Positions 26,244 through 32,000 of a stretch of DNA of 32,000 nucleotides are shown piece by piece (within the stretch, counting starts at the first letter, position 1; every line of letters starts with the position of its first letter). The DNA is from Vibrio alginolyticus NBRC 15630 = ATCC 17749 (GTDB lineage Bacteria; Pseudomonadota; Gammaproteobacteria; Enterobacterales; Vibrionaceae): the NCBI RefSeq assembly GCF_000354175.2, contig NC_022349.1, positions 1,650,001 through 1,682,000 on the forward strand, given 5' to 3'. The notes under the pieces were generated by a model that was not told the origin of the DNA, made no database searches, and saw only the letters and a list, made by a program, of their open reading frames with translations. Both the position numbers and the translations under genes were made by a program.

Positions 26244-29200
26244 ATGTTTAAATTCTACAAAAAACAGAAATTTAAGCGCCTTCAGAGTACACTGATGACC
26301 GCATTTCTGGTGCTCAGTATCACACCTCTTACCATTACTGCGATCTTTTTCTTGCAGTCCCACAGTAAAGATCTGCAAGAACAAAGCACCTCGCACTTAC
26401 TGTCTGTTCGAGATACAAAACAGCAGCAAATCATCGACTACTTTGAGGCACGAGAAACCGAAGTCATGGGCTTTGTGCGCTCAGAGTTGGCTTACGCCAG
26501 TGGTGGCCGATTCTACGGTCTCGTCAATGCTTTTAGTCGTTTAGGCAATGATATTGAAGAGTCTCGTAAAAACGCCCAACAGCGCTACATCGAGGGCAGC
26601 GGAGACCAAATCAAAACCTCAACGTTACCCGAGTCATCCAACTATGTAGGAAGTGAACGTTACCGGCTTTTACATAAACGCTATCATTGGGCCTACTTAG
26701 AGCTCCTCAAGCGCTCTGATTTTAATGACATTTTGCTGGTCGACATCAATGGTAACGTCACCTACTCGATCAACAAAGACGATAACTACGGAACGAACTT
26801 GTTATCAGGCCCCTACAAAGACTCGGCACTTGGCAAAACTTTCAAGCGTCTCGCCGATGATGTGACTGAACGTCGAAAAGTAAACGAAGACTACACTCCT
26901 GTGATTGTGTCTGACTTCGAGCTGGAAGGGGGGAAATCAGTCGCTTGGCTAGGTGCACCAATTGTTCAGCAAGGTTATCTACACAGCTATGCCATGTTCC
27001 GCTTGCCAAATAATGGCATCACTAAGTTAGCCGCAGACGCCAACCGAGAGTCATCAATTAACACCTTGCTGGTTGGAAATGATCACCAACCTCGCACAAT
27101 TAACACGAAACAAGACGATATTAAGAACAGTTTAGAAGTGATCGATAAAGCACTCTCTGGTGCATTTGGTGTCGGCACTTACACAAACGGTTTAGGTGAA
27201 GAGATCATCGCGGCTTATGCACCGATTGAAACTCGTGGTGTGATTTGGGCGCTCGTCGTACAGTTACCAGAAAACGAAGCTTTCGCTCGTATCCATCAAC
27301 TCGAAAAACTATTCGTTATCGCTATGTTGATCGCCATTATCCTTGTGGTGATCGCTTCTCACTATTTATCAAACTTTATCACTTCTCCGTTGCTGAAATT
27401 GACTTGGGTTGCCGAAAAGGTCTCTGCAGGTGATCTTGATGACACGTCTTTTAATACGGTTCGTAAAGATGAAATTGGTCGGCTTGCGTTAAGCTTTGAA
27501 CGAATGCAACGCTCTATTCGAGAGAAGATTCAAACCATTAAGAAGCAAAATGAAGAACTAGAAAGCAACATACAGATCATTCAAAAACAGAATGAAGAAC
27601 TGCAATTGGCCGATAAATTAAAAGATGAATTCTTAGCCACGACTTCTCATGAACTTCGTACACCGTTACACGGCATGGTCGGGATTGCTGAAACCTTAGC
27701 GTCCGGCGCCAATGGCGCGATCCCCGCTAGCCAGAAATATCAGCTTGATATCATCATTAAAAGTGGTCAGCGTCTCGCTAATCTAGTCGATGACTTGTTG
27801 GATTATCATAAAATGCGTTATGGAAGCATGGATATCCAGAAATCAGCAGTGAGTTTGGGCAGTGCAACACGATTGGTTTTAGAGCTTTCTAGCCATTTAC
27901 TTGGAAGTAAAACCATCCGCATCATCAACCAAGTCCCAGCGGATTTAAAAGCAGTGTCAGCTGACCCGCAACGCCTTGAACAAGTGCTATATAACCTGAT
28001 TGGCAATGCGATTAAATACACCTCAGAAGGTAAAATTGTTATCTCCGCTAATGTGGTAGATGATCATGTACGCGTACAAGTCGTGGATACTGGACAAGGA
28101 ATTCCCGCAGAACAACTTGAACATATTTTTGAACCACTCATCCAAGCAGGGCAAGACGCGAGCCGTTATCGTCAAGGTGCAGGACTTGGGCTCTCCATTA
28201 GCCGTCAATTGATCGAATTAATGGGAGGCTCGTTATACGTCAGTAGCCAACCAATGGTCGGAACTACCTTCAGTTTCACTTTACCGCTCGCCAGTGAAGA
28301 AGAAATCCAAGCAACTCAGACTCTAGCTGCGCACGGGCACTTCCAAATTCCTGAAGTTAATGTAGAGAACAGTGAAGACTTATCACTTCCAGAGAACCCA
28401 GACGGCCCGTTACTGTATGTTGCTGACGATGAACCAGTAAACTTACGCGTGCTTGAAAGCTTTTTACGTTTAGAGGGCTATCGTGTGCGTACCGTCTCCG
28501 ATGGGCCAGAAACGTTAGCGCTCGTCGAGCAAGAGAAGCCGGAACTTCTGTTATTGGATATCATGATGCCAGGCATGAGCGGCTACCAAGTTTGTAGTGA
28601 ACTACGTGAAACCTATGATCATGCCGAGTTGCCAATCATTATGCTCACCGCACTCAGTCAAACAGAAGATCGTGTAAGAGGTTTTGAGGCAGGAGCCAAC
28701 GACTATTTATCGAAACCATTTAATAAACAAGAGTTGGCGGCACGTATCCAAGCGCATTTAACGGCAAGTAAAGCAGAAATGCGCCATATGGAAAACAAAG
28801 TGCTAGAGTCTGAACTTAGACAGCGTGCAGTCGTTGAAGCAAGCTTACTTGAGACTCAAGGTCGTTTGTTGGAACAGCTAGAATCGGCTCCTGAAGCTAT
28901 CATCTGTCTACGTGAAGACAAGCGTATTCGCTTTGCTAACGAAGCTGCTTGTAAGCTATTCAAGCGCAGCTTAGAACAGCTAAAGCGCTCATCTGCTGAT
29001 GAGCTGATTGCCCCTAAATATCTGACCGTCAAACAACCTCATTACTGTGGCAAGATTGATATCTATATTGAAGATATTCGTCAGAACATCGAAGCAGACA
29101 TTCTTAAGCTCCCTGAAGGTTCAGGGTTAGATATCATGTACATCTTTAATGTCGGCGGTGGAGCCAGTGCCGCTCGCATACATAATCTAGAAACCGCCGT

Positions 29201-29630
29201 AGAAGTGCTTTCAAGTTATGCATTTGATGGTGACAAAGACCAATTGCAAAAGCTAAAAGAGCTTGGCGGAGAATTTACGCGCCTTGCAGACAAAGCGCTC
29301 GGTAATAAAAAAGACAAGCAAGAACTTATGCGAGAAGTTCTAGTAGACGCAATGACACATGCTTTAGAGTATTGGGAATCTGTAACGGGTGAAAGTAAGT
29401 TCGCATTTGCAGAGCAAAGTGGCTTGTGGCGCGTTTATCTAGACCGAAGTACTTTACAAACACGCACCTTAGATAAATACATGCGTATAGAAACATTACC
29501 CAAAACACCACGTTGGAGAACGGTGCTAAGCTCGATAGAGTTCATTCTCGAACACTGCAAAGAACAGAGCCCCGAGAGAGCATACATAGAAGCACAACGA
29601 GATAAATTACAGCGACTATTGACCAGCTAA
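26244..29630 (+). CDS. chiS: Chitin-responsive hybrid sensor kinase ChiS: periplasmic domain, HAMP, HisKA, HATPase, REC, and a C-terminal non-canonical DNA-binding region
   Basis: 1128-aa ORF with two TM segments around a periplasmic domain of about 310 aa. The H-box is SHELRTPLH, with the His codon at 27648..27650 (residue 469). The REC motif is LLLLDIMMPG, with the Asp codon at 28557..28559 (residue 772). It lies directly upstream of the chitobiose ABC binding-protein gene, as V. cholerae chiS (VC0622) does. Confidence 0.9.
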   Translation: MFKFYKKQKFKRLQSTLMTAFLVLSITPLTITAIFFLQSHSKDLQEQSTSHLLSVRDTKQQQIIDYFEARETEVMGFVRSELAYASGGRFYGLVNAFSRLGNDIEESRKNAQQRYIEGSGDQIKTSTLPESSNYVGSERYRLLHKRYHWAYLELLKRSDFNDILLVDINGNVTYSINKDDNYGTNLLSGPYKDSALGKTFKRLADDVTERRKVNEDYTPVIVSDFELEGGKSVAWLGAPIVQQGYLHSYAMFRLPNNGITKLAADANRESSINTLLVGNDHQPRTINTKQDDIKNSLEVIDKALSGAFGVGTYTNGLGEEIIAAYAPIETRGVIWALVVQLPENEAFARIHQLEKLFVIAMLIAIILVVIASHYLSNFITSPLLKLTWVAEKVSAGDLDDTSFNTVRKDEIGRLALSFERMQRSIREKIQTIKKQNEELESNIQIIQKQNEELQLADKLKDEFLATTSHELRTPLHGMVGIAETLASGANGAIPASQKYQLDIIIKSGQRLANLVDDLLDYHKMRYGSMDIQKSAVSLGSATRLVLELSSHLLGSKTIRIINQVPADLKAVSADPQRLEQVLYNLIGNAIKYTSEGKIVISANVVDDHVRVQVVDTGQGIPAEQLEHIFEPLIQAGQDASRYRQGAGLGLSISRQLIELMGGSLYVSSQPMVGTTFSFTLPLASEEEIQATQTLAAHGHFQIPEVNVENSEDLSLPENPDGPLLYVADDEPVNLRVLESFLRLEGYRVRTVSDGPETLALVEQEKPELLLLDIMMPGMSGYQVCSELRETYDHAELPIIMLTALSQTEDRVRGFEAGANDYLSKPFNKQELAARIQAHLTASKAEMRHMENKVLESELRQRAVVEASLLETQGRLLEQLESAPEAIICLREDKRIRFANEAACKLFKRSLEQLKRSSADELIAPKYLTVKQPHYCGKIDIYIEDIRQNIEADILKLPEGSGLDIMYIFNVGGGASAARIHNLETAVEVLSSYAFDGDKDQLQKLKELGGEFTRLADKALGNKKDKQELMREVLVDAMTHALEYWESVTGESKFAFAEQSGLWRVYLDRSTLQTRTLDKYMRIETLPKTPRWRTVLSSIEFILEHCKEQSPERAYIEAQRDKLQRLLTS

Positions 29631-29647
29631 TATTTATCAAAAAAACT

Positions 29648-29674
29648 AGCCCAGCGTGCATGCTGGGCTTTTTT
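29648..29674 (+). terminator. Intrinsic terminator after chiS
   Basis: AGCCCAGC-GTGCAT-GCTGGGCT with the T-run extended to T6. Confidence 0.85.
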
Positions 29675-29953
29675 GTTATTCGAGTATTCCCTTCCTAGAG
29701 ATAAAAGAGACCGCCTCTTCCTACCCCATTACCATATTTCCAATAACGAACATTTGGTTAGACAACGCTATCTATTGTTGGTCTTCAAAACGTACGACCT
29801 TATCCATTTAACTTGTCTTAACTAGGTAAGTTCGAGCAACCGAAAAAACTTCATTCATATAATAAAAAAAGGACAACAAACGGAAGAAAACTGTCGATAA
29901 AAAAGGCCATTTTTCAGATAACAAGCGGATTTTGACGAACTATTGATAGAGAT

Positions 29954-29969
29954 TGCGAACTTAATCACA
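29954..29969. promoter_or_regulatory. CRP-like site in the chiS-cbp intergenic region
   Basis: TGCGA-ACTTAA-TCACA matches the consensus TGTGA-N6-TCACA at 9 of 10 positions. Confidence 0.35.
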
Positions 29970-30081
29970 ACAGAACGGCAGATTAATTTTTAGCTGATTA
30001 ATTAACACCATTTCTGCATGTGAGCGAGATCTCCGAACCTAGAAAACAAGCAGGAAACGTATATTTAAAAAGGACCAGCAG

Positions 30082-30093
30082 GTTAGTAATCAC
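30082..30093. promoter_or_regulatory. SlmA-binding-site-like dodecamer
   Basis: GTTAGTAATCAC matches the SlmA consensus GTGAGTACTCAC at 10 of 12 positions. As I recall, SlmA is a reported activator of the V. cholerae chb promoter. Confidence 0.3.
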
Positions 30094-30178
30094 CAACACT
30101 TATTATTAACAAGGATATAAACTGCGACGCATATCAACGTTTATTTTTTGGCCCAATGCTGGTTAAAATTAGCCAAAA

Positions 30179-30223
30179 TAACGTTTATAACGGAGAGCTC
30201 AGAGATTTTAACGTTTTTAACGG
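30179..30223 (+). promoter_or_regulatory. Paired 15-bp direct repeats (TAACG-N4-TAACGG) upstream of cbp; candidate activator (ChiS) binding sites
   Basis: TAACGTTTATAACGG (30179..30193) and TAACGTTTTTAACGG (30209..30223) are 14/15 identical and start exactly 30 bp apart. They lie 190-234 bp upstream of the cbp ATG. Confidence 0.4.
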
Positions 30224-30412
30224 GAATCAAGTTTGATTATTTTATGGATAAGGTGTTTTCTTACTCCTGCCTAAGGCCTACAGGCCACTCTTGGCGAAAC
30301 TCAATGTTGTAATGAGTAAGGCATGTACAAGAGGTAGGTCTTAGAGAGTGTTTATCAATTGATGACATTCAATTCCATTTAGTGAAATGAAAGCAAATAG
30401 TAAGGAACAGCT

Positions 30413-32000
30413 ATGCTTGCCAATATTAAAAAAACAGCACTAGCAACAGCAATTATTGCAACGGCTACTACAGGTTTTGCATCGGTAGCTACTGCGGCTG
30501 AACGCAGTGAACTGACTATCCACCCTAAAGAGTTTACAACTTTCGTTCGTAACTTTAACCCTTTCTTGGGTGCAACTAACCTGCACACAACAACCGACTT
30601 TATTTACGAGCCGCTCGTTGTTTTTAACGAAATGCACGGTAACACGCCTGTATTTCGTCTAGCAGAAAACTTTACCATGGCTGATGACCTGATGAGCGTA
30701 ACCTTCGATATCCGTAAGGGCGTAAAATGGTCTGATGGCAAAGCGTTTACCGCTGATGATGTTGTTTATTCTTTCAACCTAGTTAAAGAGAAGCCAGAGC
30801 TAGACCAATCTGGTATCAACTCTTGGGTGACTGGCGTAGAAAAAGTTAACGACTACCAAGTTAAATTCCGTCTAAGCGAAGCAAACTCAAACGTTCCTTA
30901 CGAAATTGCGAAAGTACCAGTCGTACCTAAGCACGTATGGAGCAAAGTAAAAGATCCAGCAACATTCACAAACGAAAATCCAGTAGGCAGTGGTCCATTT
31001 ACTGAAATCGACACTTTCACACCGCAGCTATATATCCAGTGTGAGAACCCGAATTATTGGGATGCTGACAACCTAGATGTAGATTGTCTGCGTGTGCCAC
31101 AAATCGCGAACAACGACCAATTCTTGGGCAAAATCGTTAACGGCGAAATGGACTGGACGTCTTCATTCGTACCAGACATCGACCGTACGTACGCTGCAGC
31201 AAGTCCGAATCACCACTACTGGTACCCACCAGCGGGTACTCAAGCATTTGTAGTGAACTTCAAAAACCCAGACGCTGCGAAAAACGAAGCACTAACTAAC
31301 GTTGACTTCCGTCGTGCGTTCTCTATGGCGCTAGACCGTCAAACTATCATTGATATCGCTTTCTACGGCGGCGGTACAGTGAACGACTTCGCATCTGGCC
31401 TTGGCTACGCATTCGAAGCTTGGTCTGATGAAGAGACGCACAACAAGTACAAAGGCTACAACACATACAACGCGGAAGGTGCGAAAAAGCTTCTAGCTAA
31501 AGCTGGCTTCAAAGATGTAAACAAAGATGGCTTTGTGGATACACCATCTGGCAAGTCTTTCGAGCTTCTAATTCAATCACCAAACGGTTGGACTGACTTC
31601 AACAACACAGTACAACTAGCCGTTGAGCAACTAGCAGAAGTGGGCATTAAAGCTCGTGCTCGTACACCGGACTTCTCGGTATACAACCAAGCAATGCTAG
31701 AAGGTACTTACGACGTTGCTTACACCAACTACTTCCACGGTGCAGATCCACACTTGTACTGGGATAGTGGCTACAACTCGAAGCTACAAGCTGGTGACGG
31801 CATGCCTCGCTTTGCAATGCACTTCTACAAGAACGATAAGCTAGACGGTCTTCTTAACAGCTTCTACAAGACAGCAGATAAGCAAGAACAGCTAGAGATC
31901 GCTCATGGCATTCAGAAGATCATTGCTCAGGACCAAGTAACTATTCCTGTGCTATCTGGCGCGTACATGTACCAATACAACACAACTCGCTTCACTGGTT
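30413..32000 (+). CDS. cbp: Chitin-oligosaccharide/(GlcNAc)2 ABC transporter periplasmic binding protein (family 5 SBP), first gene of the chb operon; the 3' end runs off the right window edge
   Basis: It is absent from the ORF track because there is no in-window stop. Hand translation from ATG 30413 (AAGGA SD at 30402..30406) gives MLANIKKTALATAIIATATTGFASVATAAERSELTIHPKEFTTFVRNFNPFLGATNLHTTTDFIYEPLVVFNEMHGNTPVFRLAENF...NPVGSGPFT. That is a signal peptide followed by a DppA/OppA-type fold. It lies downstream of chiS, as V. cholerae VC0620 does. Confidence 0.92.
   Translation, partial: MLANIKKTALATAIIATATTGFASVATAAERSELTIHPKEFTTFVRNFNPFLGATNLHTTTDFIYEPLVVFNEMHGNTPVFRLAENFTMADDLMSVTFDIRKGVKWSDGKAFTADDVVYSFNLVKEKPELDQSGINSWVTGVEKVNDYQVKFRLSEANSNVPYEIAKVPVVPKHVWSKVKDPATFTNENPVGSGPFTEIDTFTPQLYIQCENPNYWDADNLDVDCLRVPQIANNDQFLGKIVNGEMDWTSSFVPDIDRTYAAASPNHHYWYPPAGTQAFVVNFKNPDAAKNEALTNVDFRRAFSMALDRQTIIDIAFYGGGTVNDFASGLGYAFEAWSDEETHNKYKGYNTYNAEGAKKLLAKAGFKDVNKDGFVDTPSGKSFELLIQSPNGWTDFNNTVQLAVEQLAEVGIKARARTPDFSVYNQAMLEGTYDVAYTNYFHGADPHLYWDSGYNSKLQAGDGMPRFAMHFYKNDKLDGLLNSFYKTADKQEQLEIAHGIQKIIAQDQVTIPVLSGAYMYQYNTTRFTG

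Noticed and set aside
29941-29962. Possible LuxR/HapR-type quorum-sensing box (TATTGATAGAGATTGCGAAC)
   Set aside because: Only one half-site (TATTGATA) resembles the palindromic consensus, and the second half does not. It also overlaps the better CRP-like site. It is mentioned only as context.
30244-30312. 22-codon ORF (MDKVFSYSCLRPTGHSWRNSML) in the cbp leader
   Set aside because: It has no SD, and the ATG is part of the ATGGATAAG motif. It is better explained as regulatory DNA or RNA structure.
30379-30637. Minus-strand ORFs 30379..30588 and 30440..30637
   Set aside because: They are antisense to the cbp signal-peptide and N-terminal region, and the cbp frame gives a clear solute-binding-protein translation.

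Overview
This 32-kb window is a core-chromosome housekeeping segment of a Vibrio. The OmpU-type porin and the gene order suggest a Harveyi-clade-like species. From memory, the order is colinear but inverted relative to V. cholerae VC0643->VC0620. Left to right: infB (partial), nusA, rimP, tRNA-fMet, tRNA-Leu(GAG), secG, glmM, folP, ftsH and rlmE (all minus strand); yhbY (+); greA (-); ompU (+); dacB (+); a short MgtE-family transporter (-); tyrS (-); a mepM-like M23 peptidase (+); an RND efflux pair (vexEF-like, -); erpA (-); hemL (+); an AI-2E family permease (+); rsmC (+); the chitin sensor chiS (+); and the start of the chitobiose ABC operon (cbp, partial, +). I found no CRISPR array, transposase, integrase, prophage, toxin-antitoxin or defence-island signature, so I do not claim a new multi-gene system. 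The items worth a second look are small and mostly regulatory. (1) A 19-codon Pro-Pro leader ORF lies inside alternative hairpins and is followed by an intrinsic terminator, upstream of an MgtE protein too short to hold CBS domains. (2) The mepM-like gene has its signal-anchor N-terminus split off by a 1-nt frame change at a T6 run, which also reads as a U UUU UUA slippery heptamer. (3) Motifs are shared between the two regulatory regions flanking chiS (TAACG-type direct repeats, an identical 11-mer and a 9-mer). (4) An unlisted 38-codon Cys-rich tail-anchored ORF is convergent with hemL. (5) greA has a GraL-like leader terminator. (6) Phased repeats lie upstream of ompU. Several six-frame ORF starts are over-extended and I corrected them by homology and Shine-Dalgarno (SD) placement. 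All calls come from reading and hand-translating the sequence; no database search was possible.
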